Origin: Takakia lepidozioides
Lineage: Eukaryota; Plantae; Bryophyta
Reading direction: 5' to 3'
Assembly (NCBI GenBank): GCA_030704615.1
Contig: CM060733.1
Coordinates: 69,006,001-69,070,000, forward strand
DNA length: 64,000 bases
Of this stretch, positions 26,720-40,097 are shown in pieces. The position numbers were made by a program, and so were the translations under genes. How positions within the stretch are numbered: position 1 is the first letter of the stretch; each line of letters opens with the position of its first letter. Below the pieces are notes generated by a model. It saw only the letters and a program-made list of their open reading frames with translations, was not told where the DNA came from and searched no databases.

Positions 26720-27310
26720 TCATGACCCATGGAGGATTTGACCGACCATCAACCCAAAATGACCTCTTGTGTGTGCTGCTTGTGTCTTGTAGTCAGATAA
26801 TGTCGGATTGGTCTGTGAGAACCACCACGGTGTAGCTGAGCAGGCAGAGATTGAAACACGGCGTGCTAAGACCAAGCTGACTCTCCCAAGAACCTTGTAA
26901 ACATTAGGAAGAATACCAAATCAGGGTACTAACAGGAGGCAAGAGCCCACATTTGCAGGATGAACAAACTTCTTCACATCGTACCTTAAGAAAACGCGAC
27001 AACTTGCGATTGCAGTTGTCCCACAATCGTGAAGGATCTGCTCCGTGCTGCAAATTTAGGGCCGAGTCTGATGAGAGGGCAAAACAGGCTGAAATAGGTC
27101 GAAGAAGAAGGTGCCCTCACCACATTGTCCTTGACATTGTGTCATGACCCATGGAGGATTTGACCTCCCATCAACCCAAAAAGACCTCTCTTCTGTGTGC
27201 TGCTGGTGTCTGTAGTCAAGTAATGTCGGATTGGTCTTTGAGAACCACCACGGTGCAGCTGAGCAGGCAAAGATTGAAACGACCTGCTAAGACCAAGTTG
27301 ACTCTCCCAA
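26720..27310. repeat. Dispersed ~170-400-bp repeat of unknown origin (further copies at 41510-42290)
   Basis: CCATGGAGGATTTGAC...GAACCACCACGGTG...GACTCTCCCAAGAAC at 26728, 27149, 41517 and partial copies at ~41800 and 42156. Confidence 0.8.
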
Positions 27311-28069
27311 GAACGCAGGAGAGGAGGGGAGAGGAGAGGCGAGGAGAGGAGGGGAGGAAGAAGAGAGCCCGCGGGAGGGAAAGGGAGAAAGATCGCGGGG
27401 AGAAAGAAAAAAAAAAACAAACAAAAAAAATGATCCCGTGATTTAATCCCGCGGTATATCACGACCTAAATAATGTCCTTACCACTAGACTACCCCTTAA
27501 AACTTAACACCCCCTCCTGTACTATTATATTTAAGGTGTTTTAAACCCCCTATGTATGTATAATGTTGTACATGGGGGGGTTTAAAATACCCCCTCCTGT
27601 GCACGCACGTGGCTGGTACATACTGGCTGGAGTGCACCCCCAAGGGATTTCATCCGGGGATAAAATATATAGATGGGTGGTAACAGGTGCCAAGTATTCG
27701 TGGGAAGACTATGAAGTTGGCAAACATGATAACATGCAGCTCTCCCTCCAAGAAGTTTGTCAGGCGCTATCATGAGAACTTGGAGGTTTATCCCTAATTG
27801 ATTTCATGTTATCTTGCTTAGCAGGTGGAACACAATGATTTCCTCTTCTTTTTCTTTGTGATCTGATCCTCATTCTGGGTAGGGTTTTAACCTTCGACAT
27901 AAGTAAACAGTTTTTTTGTGTTTTGATTCCAGCTTCGGCTCGTTGAAATGTGAGCCAATACAGGATTGTCATTCTGTATGTGTCCCCTCATGAATACAAG
28001 CTATTGACATTATCCAAGGTCTCTTGGGAAGGTCTTGATGCTGACTCAAATCTATACTGATGGGGCAGG

Positions 28070-28470
28070 TGAAGGCGTGGGTAGACATGGCCATGGCATT
28101 GGAGGACAATCATAAGAGCTTTGGTGTGCATCCAGCAAGCTTGGTCATTGCTCCTGCATCCTTCCCTCTGGCTGAGGTCATTCTCCCCGAGATTATTGAC
28201 CCAGATTATTGACCCATGCAGGTAGTTCCCTTACGGCATGCCCTTGGTGAGAAGGGCATGGTGGTCACACAGTACACAATGTATGGAGTTGAGGCCCTGG
28301 GTTTGCTGAAGATGGACTTGTTGGGTTTGAAGAATCTCACTTTGATAGCACTTGTTTACAAGCTAGTGCATGATAACTATGGCTTAGAGCTAGCCATTGG
28401 AGAAGCTACCCACTGACAATATCAAACGTTTGAGCTTCCTTCACGTGGACAACTTGACGGTATATTCCAG
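28070..28470 (+). pseudogene. dnaE: Bacterial-type DNA polymerase III alpha fragment, intron-containing
   Basis: KAWVDMAMALEDNHKSFGVHPASLVIA; VVTQYTMYGVEALGLLKMDLLGLKNLT; GQLDGIFQ; GT-AG intron ~28177-28221. Confidence 0.85.
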
Positions 28471-28739
28471 GTTTGGTTTGCTTCTCTATTATGACTAGAC
28501 AAACATATTGCAAGGTGCAGCAGAATAGAACTTGCATCAGAGCGAGAAGTTTCAAGAGGCTAACAAATGCTGACCACCTCAGAATAGAAGCCTTCTATAC
28601 TCATACCTTGTCTCCTTTTGAACACGACCATGAACCCCTTCTGAACAAAAGGCTGGGGAGCTCTTTTATTCAGGCTATCCAGCTGAAACTCAACCACTAA
28701 AAAGCTACATTACTTGAGGCTAGACAAACTTCCTTGCAA

Positions 28740-31700
28740 ACATGTGTTAAAGTCTCCTTTCACTGGACCCTAACGCCGGGTGGTGGTCTACCACTTCCAC
28801 TGGACGACATATATGCTAAAGTGTAACAATTAAAAAAGGCCATATCATGTTGGCTGCCATTGTGCCAAGTGAGTATACTCATTCATGTTTATTATTGCCT
28901 TAGACTTTACATTAAACTTCTGATCTCTGATGCAATTCGGATGCAAGATTGATGAGTGACATAATCATGGAGTAAGACGTGTAATTCATTTTGTAGTATA
29001 ATTTGCATATTGGTGGAGCATTGAAACAATGATGTGAATGTCTCATAGGGAAAAAACAAGTGGCAAACATGGACACGTACTTGCGACCTCTTGTTGATGA
29101 ACTTAAGGAGCTATGGAGGGGGGGTCTCGGCATTGGATGCTTCACTTGACCCTATGGCCGGACAATCTTTTCAGATGAGAGGCATCTTGCTTTGGACAAT
29201 GCATGATTATCCAGGTATATTATGTTCCCCATGAACAACCTGCATACATTCAGTTGTCAATGCCGGATAATATCGATAAGGATTGGGATTGATTGAAGTA
29301 GCGGCGACAGTCTTGTGCACCGTAGTGGGGTAGATGGCATTATGGGCCATGCACATGACAACTTTTTGTTTTTGCTAATGTGGTGGGATGTGTAGTACAG
29401 GACTAACTGTTTGCTCGGGGCTAAGCACCAAAGGGTATCATGCATGCTTGCATTGTGGCGATGATCTTGATGCACATAGCTCCCGCCGTCTTCACAAGAT
29501 GGTGTATCCCAACTACCGCAAATTTCTTCCTATGAGCCATCGATGGAGAAAAAGAGAGAAACACTTGTTTGATGGCAAAGAGGAAGTACGTCCCCCCCCT
29601 ATGACACCGTCCGGGCAGTTTTGGGAGGACCGATGGAAGGAGGCCCATGCGGGCACGGACGGTGAAGTGGACGTGCCTGACATGAAATGACTTTCAATCT
29701 TCTACGAGTTGTCATATTGGGCAGTACATATTCCACAAAATCACCGTCAATATCCCTATGCATGCATATGATATTGCACATTTGGTACGCGTTGCATTGT
29801 CACTTTCACGCAAAAAATTTTGTGTAAGTTTTTATGGATGGGGATATATGTAGGACATGAAGATTCGCCATCTTCTAGATCCCATGCATATTGAGAAAAA
29901 TGTATGCTCGTCCTTTTTTCGGGTTTTTCATGGCACGCCGACAAAGAAGGGAGTGGCTGCAAAAGGAGATTCTCTCGGTGTTAGAAAGGAGCTTGAGGAA
30001 CAGGGTCGCATGCGCCATCTATGGGCCGAACAAAATGGTGTGGACCCAAAGGGTGTGGTACGATGGAAATATAGGCGCGCACCTTGGCAATGGACAAAAG
30101 AGGAATACAAGAAAGTGATAGCCACCATAAGTGCTGTCCGAACACCAACTGGTTATGGGTCATCCCTCCGTACGAAGTTCAGCGAAGAAGACGGGGTCCA
30201 TGGTTTGAAGTCTCATGACTACCACAATCTATTGCAAGACATCTTGCCCATTGTAGTACGTGGGACATTGACTCCCGAGGTTCGTGAGACAATCTATAGA
30301 TTGGGAGGCTTGTTCCAGTGGATTCGCTCCAAAGAGTTGGAAGAAGCGGATTTTCCACGCATGAAGAAGGAGGCGGCGGAGGTAATGTGTATGTTGGAGA
30401 TGCACCTTCCTCCCTCGTTCTTTGACATCCAAGTGCACTTAGTGGAAGAGGCTTCGATTGCCGGCCCCGTTCATTCTCGGTGGATGTACTTCCTTGATCG
30501 TTATATGAAGACTTTGAAAGGATTTGTAAGACAAATGGCGCACCCGGAGGATAGCATGGCGGAGGGGTATACGTTGCAAGAAGCTATGTTCTATTGCACA
30601 GAGTACATAGCAAGGGTGGATGATGAAGCCCCTCGGATGTGGAAGGAAGAGGAGGATGCACGAACCAATGACATTGTTTTGCCCAAAAAATCGAAGAGGG
30701 TAAAATTGCCGACCTTGGTGCAGATTGAGCAAGCGCATGACTTCATACTGAAGAACACCCCATCCATACATGAGTGGGAGACAAGATACAATAATCTTGT
30801 TCAGCAACGAGAGGAGGAGACGCTTGCATGGAGGCGGAACCATCCAAGGCCGGTTACTAGACGCCCACGCCGAGGAGAGGACCATCGGAATGTTCCTTCA
30901 CAAAATTTGCCCATGGAATTGCAGCCTCTAAGTTCATTCCAACAGTGGCTTCGGACTTCAGTTTATGACGCCGTTGCTCAAGGAGAGGTGGTTTCAGATT
31001 TGGTGCAAGACATTGCAAGGGGCCCCTCTCAAATCGTGACCTCATACACGGCGGTTTGGGTTCACGGTCGTCATTTCCACATTCGTGCTCTTGACATGAA
31101 GCGCAAAACAACATTTGATTCTAGCTTGCGTGCCACATATTGGCAAGACTCCGTGTGGGGCAAGGGAGATACACGACCTGCTATGAGCAAACTTGAGTAC
31201 ATTGGAGAGCTTGAGAGCATACTCCAACTTCAGTATACAAGGTACCGACCTCTTCTCTTCAAGGGAAGGTGGTTCCAGCCACATCTTGTGGGGCCCTCCG
31301 CAACACTAGTGCAAGATGATTGTGGTTTCATGCGCGTCAATGCAGATAGGCTCAACCCTACTCATCGTCCCTCCGATGAGCCTTTTTCACGGCCTTCAGA
31401 TATGGAGCAAGTTTTCTTCTCCGATGACAAAACAAGAGGGGGGAATTGGAAGGTGGTTGTGCATGCTCAGCCAAGAGGAAGACGTATCTATCATGGTCTC
31501 GGATCTCCATGGGGTGAGGCAATTGCGGTGGACGGAGAGACTGGTCATAATGATGCTGATGATGGAGGTTGGGTAGAGGGGGTAGAAGAGGATGATGACG
31601 CCCCGGACAATGTATCCTGGACCCTATATGATGAAGCTCCAGAAGATACGGATGTTGGAGAAGGAGACGAAGACACGGCCATTGACAACGAGGTGGAGGA

Positions 31701-32799
31701 TGATTCGGAGGTCCCTTTTGAGGGCCAGGCCATTTATGACGATGTCTCCGATGACCAAGAAGACTTGCAGCTTGGTGAGGATGAAGAAGCTCCGGATGAT
31801 GATGTTCAAGTTGATTAGACACAAAATCAAAGCTACAAAACAATTCTCGCACCGAACAGGACCCATCCCTTCGATTGATTGTACATGTATATGCATATTG
31901 TAGTTTATTTCTATTATTGATCAAATATGGCTGTGGCTGGTAGTCTTTCAAGAAAGAAGGCAGAGGCAATGAATATGTTGGAGCAACATATACAGATGTG
32001 GTATCAAGAGAATTATCAAAATGAATGTCACAATCTACAAGAAGGTCCACAACAACAAGCTAAACCATAAAAGAAAACAAACACCCTACCCAAATACCAT
32101 ATGAAAAAAAAAAAAAAAAAAAAAAAAAAACTAAGAACCCCCAAAGGCCCTAAACCTAAACCTAGAAAGCCCTGCAGTCGCTGCCTGCGACCCCCACGCG
32201 TCGCAACCTGCGACGCAGTTTTTTGGATTTATAAGGCCGGGGGTCGCAAACAGCGATGGCCAACCGTCGCCAAGTGCGACCTATTTTTTTGTTTTGAAAG
32301 AATGGATTTATGAGGCCGAAGGTCGCAATTGGCGACGGCAAGCTGTCGCAAAATGTGACATGTTTTTTTGTTTTGAAAGAATAGGGTAGCCGGGCTGTTT
32401 GCGACGCCCGGCCGTCGCAAGGGCCTTTTGCCCTTCATGCCACCATGCGACGGCCGGGCGTCGCAAAAAAGGGCTGCAATGAAAGAAAGGGCATGAAAGG
32501 GCTTTTTTTTTTGGGCTTGCGACGACCGGCCGTCGCCAGAAAGGGCTAGCTTCTTCCCCTTCGCTGGGGCGACGCTTGGGCGTCGCACAAAAGGGCTGCC
32601 TGCTGCCCTTCACCCGCCCGTGCGACGGCCAGGCATCGCCGCCTGGCCCCGGCGCCAAGTGGCGACCCGGGGTTTGGCGGCGACGGCCCGGCGTCGCAAA
32701 CACGCTCCGCGGGGTAGGTGTCGCACGCTCGGCGCCGCGAGGGGTGTGGGGGCGCGGCTGGCATTGCAAACCCCCCCCCCCCCCCCATTTGCTGTAGTG
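28740..32799 (+). mobile_element. 5'-truncated En/Spm (CACTA) element
   Basis: Right end ATTTGCTGTAGTG at 32799; TGCGAC/GTCGCA subterminal repeats 32175-32740; Tnp2-like coding region. Confidence 0.85.
29040..31818 (+). pseudogene. CACTA TnpD/Tnp2-like transposase (Transposase_21, DUF4218, DUF4216-like regions)
   Basis: YLRPLVDELKELW, WTMHDYPG, GYHACLHC, LDPMHIEKNV, GLKSHDYH, PPSFFDI, GPVHSRWMY; stop at 29688 and frameshift. Confidence 0.92.
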
Positions 32800-33405
32800 G
32801 AATAAAGGCAGGTTTTTTTCGGGCCCAAAACGATAAAATAATCGAAAATAATATAGAAAGAGTAGGTTCTCGAAGATTTCCGCGCCCATGCTGGAAGCAC
32901 TTCGCTCATAAGTACCAGTATCCGCTCATCACGTCGAGCCCAAGCTCATGGACCGCCATCCCAAGTCATAGAAAAACTGAATTCTGGCCAATAACGGCAC
33001 CGAAATTACCCCAGAGCAAGGGACGCGTGAGGAATTAGGATCGGGGTTTGCAGACTCTGAAGATGCAATGAGGACCTGTAACCGTGGATAGTACTGTCCA
33101 ATAACGGTGCCGAAATTGGGCACCGCCAAAAAAATAGCTGGCGAAAGCTCCGGAGTGAAGCCAATAACGGCGCCGAAATTCAGGACAGGGCCGACAACTG
33201 CCAGATGCAAACTGTCCTGAAACTGGTGTGGATTTGTCTAATAAAATCACACATGTGGGAGGAAATTCAAGTTCTGCCGCATACAACATTGGCAGTGCAA
33301 CAATGATATATCCTCTTCCGCCGGCCTCACTCTCATTTTGCTCTTCTCTCTTATCTTCTGTGCCCATCTCTTCTCTGCTCTGTGTTCTTGCTATGTCGTG
33401 AGGCC

Positions 33406-34092
33406 ATGTCGTGCCTGAATCACATCTATCGACGCCAGACGGGACTCATTGCCCCGAATGCAGACGACATCATTGTCTGCTTGGATGTTTACAGGGACGA
33501 TCCTCGACTTGTCCAGCTGAGGGCAATGGAGTTTCTTCCACGATTGCACGATTATCCTGGACCTCGGCTGGGGAGCAGGTGGTTCCTGCGCATCATGGAC
33601 CTGGACTTTCCGCTTGACTGGGAGCCGAATAGGTATTGCACAACGTTGCTGTATCGATGGAACTGTTGCGAGTGGACATATGATGAGTGCATAGGTGAAA
33701 ACTTCACGCGTGGATGGACTGGTTCGCAAAGTGGGGACATTCTCTTCAGTTATGAGGATGAGGAGGAGGGGAACATAGGGCCCACTGTGAAAATGTCCTT
33801 CTACAAAGGGGGCATTATACGCCATACGATATACACGACATCCTCGTTAGTTTCAACCGGGCGACAGAAACCGCTGACATTTTGTTCAAATACCCGGTCA
33901 CTCAGGAGGTCCTTGAGAGGCCAGTTCGAGTTTCTTCTACTTGGGCAAGGGGACCATAGCCGCCCGTCTTGCATGTTTAGAGTAGACATGTTTGGACTCG
34001 CGGACACTCATGGCAGATACATTTTCCTCCAGAAATTTAGTAGCTTCCCTGTGCCATATGGGGAATATACATGCTTGGATAATCTTCTGTAA
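33406..34092 (+). CDS. Small MULE-associated 'WNCCxWT' family protein (228 aa)
   Basis: DIIVCLDVY, AMEFL, WFLRIMDLDFP, RWNCCEWT, GDI, VKMSFYKGGII shared with the 50865-54913 genes. Confidence 0.7.
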   Translation: MSCLNHIYRRQTGLIAPNADDIIVCLDVYRDDPRLVQLRAMEFLPRLHDYPGPRLGSRWFLRIMDLDFPLDWEPNRYCTTLLYRWNCCEWTYDECIGENFTRGWTGSQSGDILFSYEDEEEGNIGPTVKMSFYKGGIIRHTIYTTSSLVSTGRQKPLTFCSNTRSLRRSLRGQFEFLLLGQGDHSRPSCMFRVDMFGLADTHGRYIFLQKFSSFPVPYGEYTCLDNLL

Positions 34093-34789
34093 AGGTTTTT
34101 TGCAATTGACTGCCAGTATTGCTGGGACGTGTCCTTTGTCGTATGGATTGTTGTGTGCACAAGGTGTAGTATGCGAATGTTGGAATGTGCAGTAGGAGCC
34201 TTCCACTGGAACACAAAACTTGCAATCTTGTAAAGGCATCACATTTGTAGTACAGTGTCATTGTATTGGTAGCAAATTGGAGTCTTCTCATAAAGGTGGA
34301 CGAATACGCCAGAATGGGCTACGAAATCACCACAAAATACGGCCGAAGTGTAGTAACAAGGAAGCACTATGCAGTATACAGTCCAATAACGGCACCAAAA
34401 TAGGCCGCAATGCCCCTATATCTGCACACAATGAAGGCTTTCCTCGGATCCATTAATAGACAGAACCAAAATAAAAAAGCATGCCCACGCCATTCAGGGT
34501 CAAAGACCACATTCTCATCTATTGCGGCACCAAAATGCACCTAAAGCCATGGCGGTGCGGCACCACCAAGTGTATATTTCCTGACAAAAAAATAGGGTGC
34601 AAGAAGATGAATGTAATAGAATTGGGTGGGAATGTTAGTTCCACATATCAATAAAATAGAGTTGCGCCGCTATTGCAACAATGAAAGTGGCTGAAACTGT
34701 CTTGCCACTTTCTCCTTCCCGAATGTGGAATGTCAAGCAGTCCGACCTGTATCCTGCCTGAGGGCCTTGTGCAGCTTGTTGAAGCTCAG

Positions 34790-36720
34790 TGTTGGAGCAT
34801 GGATGAAGACGTCCTGGCGCAGGCCCCGACGGCATGCTGGCAGGAATGAACAGGAAACATGACGGCCACCTATGGTGTGTCACCAAACTTCCTTGTCCAA
34901 TCTGGGTGATGGAGTTCGTGTGAGATATGTATTGTGTGCTGGACATCTGAAATGTTTCTCGAGCACATGTTACCACTACACGAGCAAAGGCACCCGGGAT
35001 GAGACAGATTGGATTGGCAATTTGTCGACCCCATTTTGGCCTCAAAGTAGAGTTCCTGCAGGGACGTTCATGTGTGCCCATTGCAACGCAGCCCCTACGT
35101 GTATGGCAGTGTGCAACGCCAAGCAGTACTACTCGTCGGACCGTCGGCCCAGCGTGCACCAGAGCATGCATTCACATCGGAAAGCATGACCACCCCGTCG
35201 CCAGAGGCAATTGCAGAGTCGCTTTTCAACAAGCCCACGATATTATCAAGGAGGAGGTGAGGTTCAGGTCGGGAGCAAAACCAAAGCAGATACAGCTCGC
35301 ATCTGCACATAGAATTGCAATTGGCAGAATAATGTCGGAGGACGGAAGCACAAGAGAGAAGCTGGGCGAGGGGGACATGAAGGAGCTGCTGGAAGCTGTC
35401 TCCCATGTGTGCAGCCCCAATGTCAGGAACCACATTGTTGGCTGCAAGAAACGAATCGGAAGAGGATCAGACATGCACTCCATCTTGGAAGTGAAGCGCA
35501 CATGCGGCTACGACTTCATCCAGGACAGTTTCTTCCCTGGTCAAGGCTCAGAGACGGACATGTGCATTATATTTAAGATGTCAACGTGCGGACCGGGGAG
35601 CGGTGTCAATTTGGTGAAGCAGATGACCAGTGGAGACCTCTCAAATTGTTGGGTCATGTTCGACCACATCAGGCGAATTATCAACCACGATTGGGTGACA
35701 ATAGGGGCACATGTGTACGACCCACATTGCAGAAAGTTGATGACCATCGCTATTTGCAAAATGAAAGGAGTATACACAGATTCGGAGTTGCATATGTGGC
35801 ACGGAATTAATGAGCAAATGGCGAGAGCAAAGTTGCCCCATCCCAATTTTAGGGGCATCATGGCTGACAATGGCCAGGTGAACTGGGTTGTAGTGAGAAG
35901 GGTCTATGGGGATGACCCAAAGACTCCAATGGAAGGTGAGGAGAGATCTTACGGGTTTCACTTCATGCAGAGTTTGACGCAAAACACCAAAAGGTTCGTG
36001 GCGTCACGTCACCGGCAGGATCATATCAGTATGTGCCTTGCGTGGAAAAATGCGCCTTCCATCGACAAAGCGGAGACCGAGTTTGCAACCATACGCGCCT
36101 GGTGGGTGTCTTCAGGGGCTGTGGATGTGAAAGATTAGCCAGAATTGCAAACGTGGCTTGCGTGGTGGCACTACAGATTCCGCCAGTTTGGAGACTACAT
36201 GCGACAGGTAACACATTTTTTGACTTGACAATTGTTCTCTTTTGTGCTTCGACATTCATAACAATGAATAACAATTTCCAATTCTCTTCAACAGGACATG
36301 AGCTTGGAGGATGACGTGGATATGCCGACGACGAACATGGCCGAATCGGTGCACTCTTCCTGGCGTGCTTCCTGGCGGCACATCTCGTTGACGTGTTGAC
36401 AGCAACAACATAACGGCCATCATGCAACAATCTCGTTCCTACCAGTTTTTGGGATGAAAGCAATGGGGTATCGGATCAGACAGGCAGGAGATGCTGATGA
36501 GGGCGGCGCATCGTTCCAGCAATCCCAAAAAATGGACTGTTGCATTGCGGGAAACAATAAGGTCAACGCCGTTACACAGTCGGAGGAATTGCCTGGAGGG
36601 CGATGTCCGCAACCGGCCGGTGAAGAGAAGAATTGACGACATCCCCGGACGCGACGGGGATTCATGGAGATCAGATCTGAACATCCGCACTCAACCTCGG
36701 GGCCCAACGATGTTGCGTCC
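34790..36720 (+). pseudogene. Mutator-like transposase (GCM-like + full DDE), frameshifted, 3'-truncated (copy B)
   Basis: KHDGHLWCVTK, ACIHIGKHDHP, WVMFDH, IMADN, YGFHF, intron ~36207-36293, TTNMAESVHSSW. Confidence 0.88.
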
Positions 36721-36729
36721 GACGCGTGT

Positions 36730-38786
36730 GCGTTTGTAGTGTGTATGGCAGCCCTGGAAAAGGGCAAAGAGATCCCTGGTGACATCATCAAATCTGCAAT
36801 TGTACCAGATGTCATCCTGAACATTGCTCTGGTGGCCATGTATGCCAAATGTGGGAGCATTGAGGATGCCAAGGGAGTGTTCAACACTATGGCTGAATGA
36901 GATGTGGTGTCGTGGAACGCGATGCTTGTAGGGTGTGCATAGTAGGAGCGCGAGATGGGGCTTTGGAGACCTGAAAGCAGATGATGGGGGAAGGGGTGAA
37001 GCTTGACCACATCATGTTTGTGTGCATTTGCAGTGCGTGTGCAAGCCTGCAGCCTTGGAAAAGGGCAAAGAGGTGCATGGTGGCATCACCAAAGCTGGAA
37101 TTGTTCCAGATGTGATTATGAACAATACCCTTTGTGACATGTATGCCATTGTGGGAGCATTGAGGATGCGGAGGGAGTGTTTCAACACTATGGCTGAAGG
37201 AGGTGGTGTCGTGGAACACGATTCATCCAAGAGGTCGATTTTAAACACAAGATTACTTCTGATTCCCTGGGATCAATAGCTACAAGAAAGCTGCGTGGGT
37301 AGATGGTCAACTGGAAACAGCAGCGGCAGTAGTGCATTTGATAGAACAAGGCGCTGCTAATGAAGGTACCTTCTTCAACACATTTCAGCCTGTTTTTCCC
37401 TGTTATCAAAGTTTTTCCCTGTTTTTTTCCTGAATGAGCATGGATAGAGTGTGGGTCCAGATTCATCCAAGAGGGCTGGACTTCAAGCTCCAGATTACCT
37501 TGATTCTATGTGGGGGTCAGTAGCTACAAGAAACCTGCATGGGTAGATGGTCAACTAAAGACAGCAGCTGCAGCGACACAGTTGATAAAATCAGACACCT
37601 CAACCATGACCACATCTTCTGAAAGAGGATCAAGAGAGGGAGTCCACAATGCCTCTTCTGGCACTTCTGGGCATGTGAAGATACTTTGTGTGACAGCCTA
37701 ACAGAGGCTCTACAGACTCTAAACCAAGGAGGCAGTTCAGCAAATTCAGATATGTATGTCTGTCTCTTGCTTAAGTGCATCAAGATGGAAGGTCTGGAAG
37801 CTGGAAAACAGGTGCATACTCACATCATCCAAAGTGGATTCACGTCAAATGTTTTTCTACTCAACACCCTTGTCAACATGTATGTTATGTGCGGGAGCAT
37901 CATTGATGCTCACCAAATGTTCAACAGAATGCCTCAACGATCTTTGGTCACGTGGAATATAATGTTGGCAGGATGCAATGCGTGTGCAAGCCTGGGAGCT
38001 CTGGAAAAAGGGGAAAGAGGTCCATGGTGACATTGTCAAAGCTGGAATTGTACCAGATGTCATTCTGAACACTCCCCTGGTGGACATGTATGCCAAATGT
38101 GGGTGCATTAAGGATGAGAAGGGAGTTTCCATGGCTGAACGAGATGTGGTGTCGTGGAGTGCGATGCTTGCAGGGTATGCACAGCAGGGACGTGGTATGG
38201 GGCTTTGGAGAGACCTATGATCAAATGATGGGGGAAGGGGGAAGCCCGACGACATCACGTTTGTGTACATTTGCAATGCGTGTGCAAGTCTATCAGCTCT
38301 GAAAAAGGGCAAAGAGGTCCATGGCGACATTGTCAGATGTGCAATTGTATCAAATGTCATTATGAACAATACCCTCGTGGACATGTATGAAGGGAATGTT
38401 TGACGGTATGGCTGAACGAGATGTGCTGTCGTGGAGTGCGATGATTGCAGGATATGCACAGCAAGGGCGCAGGATGGAGGCTTTGGAGACCTATGAGCAA
38501 ATGATATGCGAAGGGGTGAAGCCCGCGCTTTGCATTGCATGATGTTGAGGAAGAGCTTAAAGAATCGTCTCTTTGCCACCACAATGAGAAGCTGGCCATT
38601 GTTTTTGGGCTATCAACACACCCTCTAGGATGTCTTTGGGGATCATCAAGAATCTTCGGATGTGTGGTGATTGCCACACAGCCACCAAATTCATCTCAAA
38701 GATAGCTAAGCAAGAGATTGTTGTACGGGATGCAAACGCTTTCACCACTTCCAAATGGTGTTTGTTCTTGTGGGGAGTATTGGTGA
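36730..38786 (+). pseudogene. Scrambled PLS-class PPR-DYW pseudogene
   Basis: Repeated NxxLVDMYAKCG / DVVSW motifs; C-terminal HHNEKLAI, KNLRMCGDCH, IVVRDAN, CSCGEYW*. Confidence 0.9.
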
Positions 38787-39637
38787 AATGAAATGCTTGT
38801 CACCTAATTGAATGTATTAAACTCTGTCAGCTGCGAGTCGGGTTGGACTGCAACAGTGGCAGCAAAGGCGTACGAAATCTCTTTTTGGAGAGGAATTCTC
38901 AACAGTAGGTTTTGAACATAATTAGACCTTGCGAAGGTTGAAACTGTAGCACAAGTTCAAAAACTGTCTTAGTTGATGAACAGAGGTGCAGTGACTAGGT
39001 CTTGAAGGTCAAGAAGGTCACTCTCTGATGAAAATACCCAGGACTGTATATCAGAAAATGGAAACTTTCTTCAGGCCTCTTGCACATCGGGCATTGACAA
39101 TGTCCGTTTCCTCTCTGCATCTGATTATTGTTCAAAGTGAGATTCCACAACAAGTTTTATCGAAGGCAAACAATTTGTTTTAATTAATTTATTAGATTTT
39201 ATTCTATTTTTAAATAAATAAACTTGATATAATATAAAAACATACATATACATTTGAGGGTAATTTTTTATTATTGAAAAGGGAAATATACATACAGAAG
39301 GGGGTACTTTAAATATTATAATTATATATTTCTATATATTTACAGGAGGGGGTTTTATAATCTTCAAAATGTATGTGCAGAGGGGGTATAAATGATCCAA
39401 GGACCCGTATACAGGGGTTTTTTTTATTAGGCTGCGAACGCACGTGATATGGACATTTTATAAAGAGTGCACCCCCAGGGTGAAATCATATAAAAGCAGG
39501 TGAAGCACAATAAACTGACACAAGATCAATTTAACCAAGGCCTCAAGTAAGGTGAAACATGCCAAAAGGAGATAAAGTGAAATTGGACCTCCAAACCATT
39601 AAATTAGAGAAACCAAACATCAAACACAGTTCCTGAC

Positions 39638-40097
39638 CAGCTCGATCAACTCCGCACATTCACGGTAGGGCTTCCCCAGCATACGCCCCACATCTTTCAA
39701 TATAGCTTTTGATGTCAATCGTGTCAATGTTGCAATTTGTGCTACCTGGTCCTCTCCATATTTGTTGGTAACATATGCAATCACCTGTGGCATCCCTCGT
39801 CAGCTTTAGTTCATTTTACAAGAGAAAATCCAAGGCATAAAGTTCCTTTAATTACATCTTGTAATAGCCTCTGTTTCTGACAGCACAATTCATTCACTTT
39901 GTTGCGCCATCCTGTTCCCCTCCAGCTGTCAACCTTCTTCCCTCCTAACGGTACTTCCCACGTACTTGCAGGTGTATTGGGGCTTGCAGAGATCTGTGGC
40001 ATTGTACCCACCTTGTCACGCTGCTTAGGACAAAAGTCAGTGTCAATATCAGGCAACGACTGCCGTTCCTCATTCAAAAACCGTTCAAATAGGAGCC
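39638..40097 (-). pseudogene. dnaE: Bacterial-type DNA polymerase III alpha fragment, two exons
   Basis: [28 protein letters not shown] | GT-AG intron 40011-39785 | VIAYVTNKYGEDQVAQIATLTRLTSKAILKDVGRMLG. Confidence 0.9.

Noticed and set aside
32148-32166. Telomere-like CCCTAAA motifs
   Set aside because: Only two or three degenerate units in a CACTA subterminal region
28070-40097. Bacterial contamination or recent plastid DNA insertion explaining dnaE
   Set aside because: The fragments contain GT-AG introns and are embedded among plant TEs and PPR fragments
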